Part shown: positions 52,148 through 62,058 of the stretch, in pieces
How the letters are laid out: each line of letters begins with the position of its first letter
How positions within the stretch are numbered: position 1 is the first letter of the stretch
Assembly: GCA_001028815.1 (NCBI GenBank)
Contig: LDJB01000004.1
Span: 13,733 to 77,732, forward strand
Length of the DNA stretch: 64,000 nt
Source of the DNA: Peptococcaceae bacterium 1109
GTDB taxonomy: Bacteria > Bacillota > Limnochordia > Darwinibacteriales > Darwinibacteriaceae
Direction: 5' to 3'
Program-made: the position numbers and the translations under genes
Notes under the pieces: generated by a model
Told to the model about the DNA's origin: nothing
Databases searched by the model: none
Seen by the model: only the letters and a program-made list of their open reading frames with translations

Positions 52148-55100
52148 TCAGCTTTGGCCTTGATCTTTATCCGTGGTAACGCCCCACTCCGCGGCTTTCA
52201 CCACCGCTTGCGTCCGGCTTTGCACGCCTAGTTTCTTAAAGATCTTGTTAGTGTGCCACTTGACCGTCCCTTCAGAGAGGTACAGCTGCTTCCCAATCTC
52301 CCGGTTCGAAAGCCCCTGAACCATCAAGTCAAAGATGCGGCGCTCCTGATTGGTCAAGCTCTCCAACTCAGGGGCGGATACGGCACCTTCTTCTCGCTCC
52401 ACTTGGGCAGAACTGAGTGCCAAGGCCCCTAGCTTCTGCACGATGTCCATGCGCTCGCCGGAAAAGGCACCGGGCGTTAGGTTGTTCTCTAAGTACAAGA
52501 CTCCCCCCAGTTCATCGTCTAAGTAGATAGGGAGGCACTGGATTGATAGGGGTTTCTTTGTGAGGATGTAGGTGTCTTGGCCAAACACTGTGCTGTCTAG
52601 AGCATTGTCAACCAGCACCGGTTCCCCTGCGTTGATCACGTAGGATACTACCGCCTTGGAGACCAGCTCACTTAAGGCCCGCTCTGGATCAGTCACAAAG
52701 CCCACGGAACCGTTGGCTTCCCGAAAGGCCAACGCCTGCAGGGCTTTGCTCGTGCTGTCCAAGGCAAATAAATAAACCCGCTGTGCACCAGAACTGGCCA
52801 CAATCACCTCAAAAAGCTGCTTGATAGCCGCTTCGCTGTCATCGGAGGCCAAGAAGCTGTCGAGCACCTTGCTCACGGTCAGGATATCAGCCATGCGGGA
52901 TACCTCTGCAGGCAAGGACTGGCCATTTATTTCAGGACGGGCGCCCCGAACCTGGGCCCCTTGCCCATCATCAGATTGGGAGGCGCTCTTCACTGCCGGG
53001 CTCTCTTCCAACAGACGGGCCTTCGCGCTGGCGCCAAACCTAGCATAAAGGGATTGGGCTTTCTTCTGGTATGTCTCCCGGTAGTGCTCCATGCCCATTG
53101 CTTCGTAGTGCCTGGCGGCCAGCTCACTAGCGACGGCTGCATCCAAGACATAGCCGTGTTTTTCTGCTGAACTGATTGCTTCTTGGTAAAGCTTGATCCG
53201 CCGCCAGTGGTCTGAGCGTCTGTATGGCAGTTCCGCCAGAGCCAGCTTATATTTGTGGAAGAAGTTCACCGGGCACCAGCGGGCCCACTTCCGGAGCTGC
53301 TTGACATACCTGTTCAAGGCTTTGGCCACCTTCCGCTGCTCCTTCGAATCAAGGCGGTCGTAAACTGCTGCAGAAGCAAGGCATGCCCAGAAGATGTGTG
53401 CCGCATAGAGGATTTTGCCCCTGAGCGCCTCCAGCTTGTCGCTGATCTCCTTCACGGCCCCGTACGCCTCTAAGTAATCTCCCCGCAGATAGCTCACTTG
53501 AATCTTCATCAAGTAATGGTAGGGGACGATCATAGCAGAGTCTGTGTGGAGCATGCGCTGGACCACACTTTCCGGAATGGTGTACTCCTCCAGCTCCCCC
53601 CTCAGGCTCTTTATATAGACATTCACCGCTTCATGAATGTCCACCAATAACAGCATGCCGTACTTTGTTGTTTCCCCCAAGGCCATCTCATTTACTGCCG
53701 CGAGTTCGTCCAATGATTCCCCTAAGGCGTGGTGAACCTGCACGAGTTCGGTGACCGCGGCACCTGCAAATAGAGTGTCGCCGTGCTCGTAAGCTGCCGC
53801 GTAGACCTGCCTAGCATAGTCTAGGCTTGTGCGTAGATGCTTGTGCCAGAAGTTGAGAAACGCGCTGACAACATAATAGGTCCTGTACCTGATGCTAGGG
53901 CTGCTCGTTTCCGCAAGCTCAAGTGCAATGTCTTGGAGCCTGCGGACTTTAGGCAAGTTCAACCCCAATCCATATGCCACAATAGGATAACACGCAAAAG
54001 CAAAGGCGGAGGCATCACACCGGCCGTACTTCAAGGTCAGGTAGTTCATCTTCAAAACAACGTACACAAACAGCTCGGGGTTAACTAAACTCGTGGGAGG
54101 CACCAAGCTTGCCAGCAGCTCCATTGTCCTCTGGGCCCATGGATCCTCCATTTCTGGTTGGTGCAGGAGGGCTTTGAATGGCCTGGTTAAGAAAAGCAGG
54201 GTTACCCCAAGGAACACCCAGGCAATGTTCCACGGCTTGGGGCGAACGGGGAGCTTCAGCCCGTGGTACATAAGGCCTGTAATCCCCGCTTTAATCGCTT
54301 CGTCGTCTGTGTGATACCCGGTGCAAAGAATTGTCTTGAGCTCATAGACACCTATCAGTTCCTGCCCCGGCTGCGCGTGGCTCACTATCTCGTGGAAAAT
54401 CGGCTCGGCGCTAGCGAAGCCGTTGAGCACGAACGTGCAGTAATAGTAACTGGTGAAAATGTCATAACTCAGTTGGTGGGCTTTGTGCCAATGATCAGAT
54501 GGCAGAAGTTTCACCGCGAAGGCCAAGTAGCGCAGGGCAGCCTGAAAGGCGATTACCGCCTTAGCCCGATTGGCCGCCTCCAAATTAAGGTGGGCAAGTT
54601 CTAGCTGTTCAGCCTCTGTAGCAATTAACTCCGCACTTTCGTTTAGATGGTCAACTGCCTCAAAAAGCAAACTGGATGCGTCCCCCGTTGCGGCTTCCAA
54701 AAACCTTCTTCCCGCTCGCTGGTGGATCTTTTTCCGTTCCAAAGGGCCGAGAAGGGCATAAGCAGTTTCCCTGATGCGGGCATGAAGGAAAGCAAAGGCA
54801 GAGCCATCTCCAGAGTCCTCATCGCTCTCCACAGCAATTGCGGCCTCTACAGCGGGCTGAAGCAAATGCCGAATGTGCCCTGGAGGCTGGCCCAGAATTG
54901 CCCCAAGGCCCTCCAGGGAAAAGGGCTGTTTCAAGCATGCGGCAATCTTCAACAGCTCCACCGTTTCCAAGGGCAGCCGCTTGATGCGCTCCTTGACTAG
55001 GTCAACCACATCTTGGGGCAAAGCCATCTCCTTGAGGCCTTCTCCCCGGTACTGCCAGCAATGCCCTTTAGGGGAAAATGTGAGAAGGCCGTCCTCGTTG

Positions 55101-56500
55101 AGCTTCTGCAGGATCTGCTTCACGTGGAAAGGGTTGCCTGCAGACTTCTGATACACGTCCTCCAACAGCGGCTCCAGCCCACCATCTTCTAGGTGCACCA
55201 AGCTGCGGATCAGTTGGGCGGTCTGGGGCTTCGCAAGCACATCCAACTCCATGGTGCTGATGGAGATGTCCCCCCGGGCCTTCGCCTCACCCACCCAGGC
55301 CAGGAAGGGATGAGAGCTGTCCATTTCATTGCAGCGGTACGCACCAATAAACAGCAGGCGGCTCTCAACGGCATTGTCCAGCAGGGAACAGATCATCTGG
55401 CATGAAGCTGCGTCAATCCACTGCAGGTTATCTAGGAACACCACCAGCGGGGCTGGCCCGCCCAAGGCCACGTGTAGAAACTCAGAGAACGCGCGGCGAA
55501 ACCGCTGTTCCGCTTCGCGCACAGATTCATAGGCTGCAGTCTCAAACTCCCCTGCCACCAGCTCCAGTTCAGGTATGAGCTCGCCGATCCTAGCCCCGTC
55601 CTTTCCCAGCACCTTTCGAAACCTATCCCGCCACAGGGCCAACTGCCCTGGATCCCCCGCAAGGATTTGGCGGATCCTCTCCCGCAAGATCTGCACCAAA
55701 GGTGCATAGGGCGCGCTGGTGCGGTACTGGTCAACATCGCCCCGGACGAAATCCACTTTCGCTGCTGCATCGGTCCGCCGAAAGGCTTCCACCAGGGCAG
55801 TCTTGCCCGTGCCTGGGAAGCCTGCAACCAGGGCGATCTCTGTCCTCCCTGTGCAGACTCTGTGAAAAGCCTCTGTGAGTCTCGCGAGTTCTCCATCCCG
55901 TCCCACCAATGGGCCCCCGCGGCCTATGCCCCGGAGGCTATCTGCTTGTCCCAGGTCAAAGTATGCCACACTTCCCGTGCTCAGCCACTCGTCCCGGCAG
56001 CGCTCCAAGTCCACTTGGAGGCTGAACGCGCTTTGGTAGCGCTCCGCTGGGTTTTTGGCCAGGAGCTTAAGGACGATTTCCCCGATCACCTGCGGAATGT
56101 CCGGGTCCAGGTCCGCAGGGGATTTCGGCTGGAGGGACGTGTGAGCGTAACTCCAGCCCAAGGCGTCTTTAGCCTCAAAGGGCAGCTCCCCGGTGAGCAG
56201 TTCGTAGAAAACAACTCCCACTGAGTAGAGGTCACTTCTGGCATCTGCTGCTGCTTTGAGCCTGCCTGTCTGTTCCGGAGACATGTAGGGCAGGCACAGT
56301 TCCAAATCACTGGGTGGATCGCCCAGCTCAACCTGTTCCGTGTGAAGGTCAACAGAGATGCACTGGGGCAGCAGCCTCTCTAGCACCACGCCAGCGGCAT
56401 GCTGGCCCGCGAGGAACTTGCACAGGGCCACGCTGGCGTCAAAAAACTGCCCCAGCCCGGCCTTTGGCTCCTGTATAAGTTCAGCCAAGAGTGTCTTCAT
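52148..56500 (-). CDS. Multidomain regulator: degenerate Ser/Thr kinase + STAND AAA ATPase + TPR + GAF + LuxR HTH
   Basis: YMSPEQTGR, RSDLYSVG, LLAKNP.ERYQSA; LVGRDGEL, GFPGTGKT, FLDNLQWID, GNPF; GVLYLEN (GAF); LTNQERRI...GLSNREI...SEGTVKWH. Confidence 0.88.
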   Translation of the reverse strand: MKTLLAELIQEPKAGLGQFFDASVALCKFLAGQHAAGVVLERLLPQCISVDLHTEQVELGDPPSDLELCLPYMSPEQTGRLKAAADARSDLYSVGVVFYELLTGELPFEAKDALGWSYAHTSLQPKSPADLDPDIPQVIGEIVLKLLAKNPAERYQSAFSLQVDLERCRDEWLSTGSVAYFDLGQADSLRGIGRGGPLVGRDGELARLTEAFHRVCTGRTEIALVAGFPGTGKTALVEAFRRTDAAAKVDFVRGDVDQYRTSAPYAPLVQILRERIRQILAGDPGQLALWRDRFRKVLGKDGARIGELIPELELVAGEFETAAYESVREAEQRFRRAFSEFLHVALGGPAPLVVFLDNLQWIDAASCQMICSLLDNAVESRLLFIGAYRCNEMDSSHPFLAWVGEAKARGDISISTMELDVLAKPQTAQLIRSLVHLEDGGLEPLLEDVYQKSAGNPFHVKQILQKLNEDGLLTFSPKGHCWQYRGEGLKEMALPQDVVDLVKERIKRLPLETVELLKIAACLKQPFSLEGLGAILGQPPGHIRHLLQPAVEAAIAVESDEDSGDGSAFAFLHARIRETAYALLGPLERKKIHQRAGRRFLEAATGDASSLLFEAVDHLNESAELIATEAEQLELAHLNLEAANRAKAVIAFQAALRYLAFAVKLLPSDHWHKAHQLSYDIFTSYYYCTFVLNGFASAEPIFHEIVSHAQPGQELIGVYELKTILCTGYHTDDEAIKAGITGLMYHGLKLPVRPKPWNIAWVFLGVTLLFLTRPFKALLHQPEMEDPWAQRTMELLASLVPPTSLVNPELFVYVVLKMNYLTLKYGRCDASAFAFACYPIVAYGLGLNLPKVRRLQDIALELAETSSPSIRYRTYYVVSAFLNFWHKHLRTSLDYARQVYAAAYEHGDTLFAGAAVTELVQVHHALGESLDELAAVNEMALGETTKYGMLLLVDIHEAVNVYIKSLRGELEEYTIPESVVQRMLHTDSAMIVPYHYLMKIQVSYLRGDYLEAYGAVKEISDKLEALRGKILYAAHIFWACLASAAVYDRLDSKEQRKVAKALNRYVKQLRKWARWCPVNFFHKYKLALAELPYRRSDHWRRIKLYQEAISSAEKHGYVLDAAVASELAARHYEAMGMEHYRETYQKKAQSLYARFGASAKARLLEESPAVKSASQSDDGQGAQVRGARPEINGQSLPAEVSRMADILTVSKVLDSFLASDDSEAAIKQLFEVIVASSGAQRVYLFALDSTSKALQALAFREANGSVGFVTDPERALSELVSKAVVSYVINAGEPVLVDNALDSTVFGQDTYILTKKPLSIQCLPIYLDDELGGVLYLENNLTPGAFSGERMDIVQKLGALALSSAQVEREEGAVSAPELESLTNQERRIFDLMVQGLSNREIGKQLYLSEGTVKWHTNKIFKKLGVQSRTQAVVKAAEWGVTTDKDQGQS

Positions 56501-56601
56501 GTTGCCCTCCTGTGAAAGTCCCCACTCCGTCCCCCGACATGGCTATATCATACATAAGTTCGCTTTTTTCTTCTTAATCCCTGCTTTTTCCAAATAGCCT
56601 G

Positions 56602-57816
56602 TCATTCGTAACTGAGGGCAACTACAGGATCGAGCCTGGCAGCCCGCATGGCAGGGTATACTCCCGCTACCAAGCCTACCAGCGCGGAAAAGCCAAAAGC
56701 AAGGGCCAGGGCGGACACCTGAATCTTGGTGGGCCATCCTCCGAACCTGCTCACTCCCTCGGCAACGGCTGTTCCAACCAAAAGGCCGATGGCCCCGCCG
56801 CTGGTGCTCAAAACCAACGCTTCTACGATAAACTGCAGGAGGAGGTCCCGCTGCTTGGCGCCAAGAGCCTTGCGCGTCCCGATTTCCCGAGTACGCTCGC
56901 TCACCGACACCAGCATGATGTTCATCACCCCAATCCCCCCAACAACTAGCGAGATTCCTCCGATGGCTCCAAGCATGAGCTGCAAGGTAAAGGCAACATC
57001 ACCCATAGTTTCCAGCATCTCATCTTGGCTGGTGACGTTGAACCCATCTGCCGTGCCCAAGCGGGAGTACAAGAGAAACTCCGCCTGCTGCACCGCCTCG
57101 CTGGCCGCTTCTGCAGATGCAGCCTGAGCCATGAGGGTAGAGACCGTCTTTGTCCGGAGAATACGCTCCATGGCAAGGGTAAGGGGAATGTACACTTGGT
57201 TGTCATAGTTGCCCATAAGGACTTGTCCCTTAGATTCCATTACCCCCACTACAGTGAAGCTGTACCGCCGATCCCCCACCACGTAGGTGATCTGCTCTCC
57301 CACAGGGTTGGCCTGTCCAAACAGGCGCTCTGCTACTCGGGAACCTAAGACCATCACTTGGGTTTGGTGCTCCAGGTCCAAGTCGTGTAAGAACCGCCCT
57401 GCACGAACCTTATAGTTGGTCACCTCTGTGTAAGCGGGGGTGGTTCCCACCACTGTGGACCGCAAGTTAGAGCCGCCGTAGATCAAGAGGCCGCTCCCTT
57501 GAACGAGAGGGACTACCAGCTTGATACCAGGTGAGCGCTCCTGCATGTGTTGGGCAAGCTGCACCGTAAAGACATCTCTTGGATCTGCACTCACACTTCC
57601 GCCCCGCCCTAAGGTTGGCGCAGGGCTGATCATAATCAAGTTTGATCCGAGCGCGGATACCATGTCCAGTACCGAGGTCTGGGCACCGAGGCCGATGGAT
57701 ACTATGCCAACAACTGCCGCCACCCCGATAATAATCCCCAGCATGGAAAGGAAGGAGCGCAGTTTGCTGCTCTGCAGGCTCCAGACAGCTGAGCGGATTG
57801 TCTCTCCTAGATTCAT
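56602..57816 (-). CDS. MacB-family ABC permease
   Basis: KLRSFLSMLGIIIGV, GGIGVMNIMLVSVSERTREIG.RKALGA, YPA.RAARLDPV. Confidence 0.93.
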   Translation of the reverse strand: MNLGETIRSAVWSLQSSKLRSFLSMLGIIIGVAAVVGIVSIGLGAQTSVLDMVSALGSNLIMISPAPTLGRGGSVSADPRDVFTVQLAQHMQERSPGIKLVVPLVQGSGLLIYGGSNLRSTVVGTTPAYTEVTNYKVRAGRFLHDLDLEHQTQVMVLGSRVAERLFGQANPVGEQITYVVGDRRYSFTVVGVMESKGQVLMGNYDNQVYIPLTLAMERILRTKTVSTLMAQAASAEAASEAVQQAEFLLYSRLGTADGFNVTSQDEMLETMGDVAFTLQLMLGAIGGISLVVGGIGVMNIMLVSVSERTREIGTRKALGAKQRDLLLQFIVEALVLSTSGGAIGLLVGTAVAEGVSRFGGWPTKIQVSALALAFGFSALVGLVAGVYPAMRAARLDPVVALSYE

Positions 57817-58511
57817 GCCCTCACCTCACTTCCACCGGTGTCGCTTACAATACGGCCATCCAGAAGCCTTATGACCCGCTGTGCCCGGGCAGCCACAGCC
57901 TCATCGTGGGTGATGAGGAGAATTGTATTGCCCTCACTGTTGAGTTCTGCAAAAAGGTCCAGGATTTGTGCACCCGTTGCGGTATCCAGCGATCCCGTTG
58001 GCTCGTCCGCTAGAATGAAGGCGGGTTCGGTGACAATCGCTCTAGCAATGGCTACACGCTGGCGCTGTCCACCGGAAAGCTCGCTTGGGCGGTGGCCCAT
58101 GCGGTCTGCCAGGCCCACCCGCTCCAGTACCGCCGCGGCCCGTTCCCGCCGCTCCCGCCTGCGCACCCCCGCGTAAATCAGAGGCAGCTCCACGTTTTCC
58201 AACGCGGTAGCCTTGGGCAAGAGGTTAAAAGTTTGGAACACAAAGCCGATCTTGCGGTTGCGGATCTCAGCAAGTTCATTATCTGTGGCCTTGCGGACGT
58301 CTCGGTCTTCGATAGCCAGTTCCCCTGATGTAGGCCGATCTAAGCATCCCACAATGTGGAGCAGGGTCGACTTCCCTGACCCTGAGGGCCCCATAATCGC
58401 AATATACTCCCGGCTCTCCACGGTAAAGGAGACGCCCCGCAGGGCGTGGACCTGTTCCGCACCCATGTGGTAGACTTTCGTGAGCCCTTTAGCTTCAAGC
58501 ATCTTGGTCAT
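57813..58511 (-). CDS. MacB/LolD-type ABC ATP-binding protein
   Basis: GPSGSGKST, GFVFQTFNL, LSGGQRQR, ILADEPTG. Confidence 0.95.
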   Translation of the reverse strand: MTKMLEAKGLTKVYHMGAEQVHALRGVSFTVESREYIAIMGPSGSGKSTLLHIVGCLDRPTSGELAIEDRDVRKATDNELAEIRNRKIGFVFQTFNLLPKATALENVELPLIYAGVRRRERRERAAAVLERVGLADRMGHRPSELSGGQRQRVAIARAIVTEPAFILADEPTGSLDTATGAQILDLFAELNSEGNTILLITHDEAVAARAQRVIRLLDGRIVSDTGGSEVRA

Positions 58512-59542
58512 CGGCCAAACCCACCGATCCGAATCCCACTCACGCCGAAAGCGGGGGCTGCACCTCGTGGGCTGGAGGAGTACATGCCGAAATTGAAGCC
58601 TACAATCTCATCTGTGGGCTGTAACCCTGCGACGATCTCCACTTCCATGCCGTCGGTGATTCCTGTGATCACCTCTACGGGCATTCGTTCACCATTCCGG
58701 ACCACCGTCACAAAGGAACGGGCCCCTTGCCGAACCACTGCCTCCACCGGGACTTTGAGGACATTCTCCGCTCGCTCCACCTCGATCACCACTGCTGCGG
58801 AGTAGCCGACACGCAAATCAAGGGCCTCGTCCTCTATCCGAATGGTTACAGGCACTGTGGTAACCCCACCAGAGGATTGCGCGATCATGCCGATCTGGGA
58901 CACCGTGCCCCGCAAGGGCCTTCCCCCTAAGGCATCTACCTTTACAACTGCCCCTTGGCCCAGGCGGATTTGGCTCATGTCCAGTTCATCCACGGAAATC
59001 TGTGCGTAGAACACGCTGTTGTCTAAGAGCGAAATAACAGACGAGTTCGCAGATGCGTGCTCTCCCGCTTCAATGTTGACAGCAGTCACCACCCCAGCAA
59101 AGGGTGCCCGGATGGTAGTGTTCTCCAGATTTGTGCGGGCAACTTGGAGATCAAGCTCCGCCTCCCGCTGCGCATTTACGGTGCCGCTGATGAGGGCCAG
59201 TTCGTACGCATTCTCCGCCCGGAGCAGGGCCAGCTCTTGTTGGGCGCTGTCCATTTCTGCGAGGACTTCCCCTGCTTCCACAAACTGCCCCACTTCCACT
59301 AAGACCTGCTTCACCTTCCCGCTCGCGGCAAAGGCTAGGTCCGCTTGGCGGGCTCCAGTGATGGTACCTGAGGCCTCAATCTGCCGGACGATGTCCCCTC
59401 TAGGCACAGGCATCGCGAGCTGAGCCACAGCCTCCGCAGCCCGCTCTGCAACCTGTGAGCGCGTGCGCCGGCGTGCGTAGTATACTCCCGTTCCCAGGAG
59501 AGCCACTAGTATCCCTGCTGCAATCCATCGTTTGCCCCTCAT
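58508..59542 (-). CDS. Periplasmic adaptor / membrane fusion protein (MacA/HlyD family)
   Basis: N-terminal anchor; SGKV..V.V..G..V.AG..LA; TIRAPFAGVV. Confidence 0.9.
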   Translation of the reverse strand: MRGKRWIAAGILVALLGTGVYYARRRTRSQVAERAAEAVAQLAMPVPRGDIVRQIEASGTITGARQADLAFAASGKVKQVLVEVGQFVEAGEVLAEMDSAQQELALLRAENAYELALISGTVNAQREAELDLQVARTNLENTTIRAPFAGVVTAVNIEAGEHASANSSVISLLDNSVFYAQISVDELDMSQIRLGQGAVVKVDALGGRPLRGTVSQIGMIAQSSGGVTTVPVTIRIEDEALDLRVGYSAAVVIEVERAENVLKVPVEAVVRQGARSFVTVVRNGERMPVEVITGITDGMEVEIVAGLQPTDEIVGFNFGMYSSSPRGAAPAFGVSGIRIGGFGR

Positions 59543-60942
59543 CGCCCTTGGCCCCCTATTCCTGTCAAATCTCCTACTAATCCCAAGTTTAGTGCCCGTT
59601 TAGCCCAAGCACAGTTCCACAGGCTTTCGTAATAGTCAAGTTGAGCTTGTTTGAGCCGGAGCTCTGCGCTTTGAAGGGTGGTTGACTCAATCATCCCCGC
59701 TGCGTATTGACGCTGAGCTAACTCCCATTCCAGTTCCGCCTGGCGAAGGGTCAAGAAGGCAATGCGCTCGTCCCTCTCCAGGCTCTTAATCTCCTCCGCC
59801 CCGTCTTTAATCAGGCTTACGACATTCTCCACAGCACTTGCATAGCTGTCTTCCGCTTTCTCCTGACTGTCTGTGAGTGCCTTGATGGTATTCTCCCGCT
59901 GGTTCCGGTCGAGGAGAGGATACCCAATGGTTACCGCGGCTTCAAAGGTTGTGCCCCCCTGGCCTCCTTGCGCTGTCCGTTCCCCTAAGCTCACTCTCAA
60001 GGAAGCTTGAGGTTTGCCCGCGGCGAGGCTCGCTTCCAGCTCCCGCTCTGCCCGATCAAGCTCAACCTCATACTGCAGCACCAACGGGTGCTGGTGGGCC
60101 TGGGAGATGAGTGCATCCACGTCAATTTCGCCCGATGATTCTGGAAGCTCCTCCAGATCGAGGGGGGCCAGCTGGTAATCCCCAGCCAGATCTACCGCCT
60201 TAAGGAGGTTAGCCTTGGCAGCGGCGGCACTTGCTATAAGGGCCTCTAGTTCCCGTTCAGCCCGGAGCACGCTGAGCTCGCCACTGATTAAGTCAGCTTC
60301 CCCCGCTTCCCCCATGGCCTGCTTCTGCTCTAAAACGCTGAGGCTCCTGATGGCTTCGCCAAGGCGCGCTTCCGCTAAGGCAACCCGGGCCTCCGCGAGC
60401 TGCGCGGCCCTGTAAAGCCGTTCAATCTTTAGCTGGGCATTGGCCACAACATAATCCCGCTGCCGATGAAGGACGCCCTGAGTCTGGTAGGCTGCCTGCA
60501 GCGTGAGCTGATCCGACCCTTGCTGGGGCAGTGGCCAGAGGGTCTGGGTGAGCTCCAACGACCAGCTGGTTTGGGCAGACCCTTTGGATAGATCCCAGGT
60601 GGGCGTCAAACGTCCTTGGACAGATGTCCCCCAACGGTTAGTCTTGGAGAGGGACAACCCAGCCCCGGTGGAAAGCCTGGATGACTCTGTGTCGAGGTTA
60701 TACGAATAAGTGAGCAAGTTTCCGCTAAGCTCCAAGGCAAGCCCGTGCTTGTCTAAGAGGCTTTGCAGAGTAGCGGTGGAGCTCTCAAGACTTGACTCCC
60801 AGGCTTTGTAATCGCTGTGGTACTCCACCCGCGCGAGGACGTCTTCTAGGGTGAGAACGCCAGGCACATCCGCGGCACAGGCAACATGAGTAAGCCCAAA
60901 GAGAAGGCACACAGCAGCTGCCAAAAACCCGACTCTTCTCAT
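59539..60942 (-). CDS. TolC-family outer-membrane efflux protein
   Basis: Signal peptide; alternating long helices and beta hairpins (LELTQTLW, IGYPLLD); position in a MacAB operon. Confidence 0.75.
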   Translation of the reverse strand: MRRVGFLAAAVCLLFGLTHVACAADVPGVLTLEDVLARVEYHSDYKAWESSLESSTATLQSLLDKHGLALELSGNLLTYSYNLDTESSRLSTGAGLSLSKTNRWGTSVQGRLTPTWDLSKGSAQTSWSLELTQTLWPLPQQGSDQLTLQAAYQTQGVLHRQRDYVVANAQLKIERLYRAAQLAEARVALAEARLGEAIRSLSVLEQKQAMGEAGEADLISGELSVLRAERELEALIASAAAAKANLLKAVDLAGDYQLAPLDLEELPESSGEIDVDALISQAHQHPLVLQYEVELDRAERELEASLAAGKPQASLRVSLGERTAQGGQGGTTFEAAVTIGYPLLDRNQRENTIKALTDSQEKAEDSYASAVENVVSLIKDGAEEIKSLERDERIAFLTLRQAELEWELAQRQYAAGMIESTTLQSAELRLKQAQLDYYESLWNCAWAKRALNLGLVGDLTGIGGQGR

Positions 60943-61988
60943 TGGATGTTCCCATCCAATCCTAGGGTGTGGTGGAATTGGATGTAGCTCGTGAGGTAAG
61001 CGGTGAGGGCATCGGCAAGGCTCCCCTCGGCATTAAGCAAGGATACCCTATGCTGCCGCAGCTGCATATCTGTGATAAGGCCCATCTCTGCCTGGCGGCG
61101 ATAGATCTCATATGTCTCCTGCGCGATCTCCCAATCCCGCACCGCGCTCTCATACCTGGCCAAGGCTTCACCTAGGGCGTAGTACGCAGAGGTAATGGAT
61201 TCTACGATGCTCTCCTCTTCCCGGGCTAGGTTGAGGCGGGCGATTTGGGCATTGAGTTCAGCGCGCCTTAAATCGATTGGGGGCGTCCCATCGATCCTGG
61301 CTGTCTCCAACTGCCGCTCTTGCAGTTCCAAACTGGACTTCTGATCCCACAGGGTAAAGCTGTTTTCCAGCCCCTTCTCAATACACTCGGCCAGTGTCCA
61401 TGACAGTACGGGCAAAGGAAACTCAGCAGAAAGGTTTAGCGGCGCATCTTCCCCCAAGCCCAGGAGGCGCCGAAGAACCCGTTCCCGTTCAGCTAGGCTC
61501 TGCTTGGCGCTGTTGGCGTTGCGGCGGGCCGCCTCAACCCGGTTCATCTCAGAAAGCTCATCCAACTTGCCCGCATCACCAATGCGGACCTTTTCTTGCA
61601 CCACTGCGAAATTGTGTTCCGCAATCACTAGCTCGAGCTCCCGTACCTCAACTGAGCGCTGCCCTGCCAAGACATCAGTATAGGCTCGGAAAGTCTCCAG
61701 ATAGCTGTTCTGCCTCGCGGTACGGTAGGAGTTCTTCGCCCGCTCCAAACTGTGTTCGGCCTGCATAGCGCTCTGCTGCGAGCCGCTCATCAGGACCGCG
61801 GCCATCGCTTTATCGTAGTCGATTTGGGCGATTTCCAGGTTAAGCTGGGCGATTTGGAGAGCCGCGTTGTTCTCATACATCAGTTCCAGTGCATCAGCGA
61901 AGCACAGCTCGGGGCCAGGTTCAGCACCTGCTAAGGCTGGAACAGCACACAAAGCTACGATAATCCCCAGAATAACTGCGTGTTTCAT
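60939..61988 (-). CDS. TolC-family protein (short form)
   Basis: Signal peptide; L.F..ALE...ENN, duplicated helical OEP-like repeats. Confidence 0.7.
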   Translation of the reverse strand: MKHAVILGIIVALCAVPALAGAEPGPELCFADALELMYENNAALQIAQLNLEIAQIDYDKAMAAVLMSGSQQSAMQAEHSLERAKNSYRTARQNSYLETFRAYTDVLAGQRSVEVRELELVIAEHNFAVVQEKVRIGDAGKLDELSEMNRVEAARRNANSAKQSLAERERVLRRLLGLGEDAPLNLSAEFPLPVLSWTLAECIEKGLENSFTLWDQKSSLELQERQLETARIDGTPPIDLRRAELNAQIARLNLAREEESIVESITSAYYALGEALARYESAVRDWEIAQETYEIYRRQAEMGLITDMQLRQHRVSLLNAEGSLADALTAYLTSYIQFHHTLGLDGNIQ

Positions 61989-62058
61989 CTGTACCTTTCC
62001 TCCTCCACGTTTTGCATATATTTCGGCTCCATACTCTCATAACTTGGGCATGGGGGGA

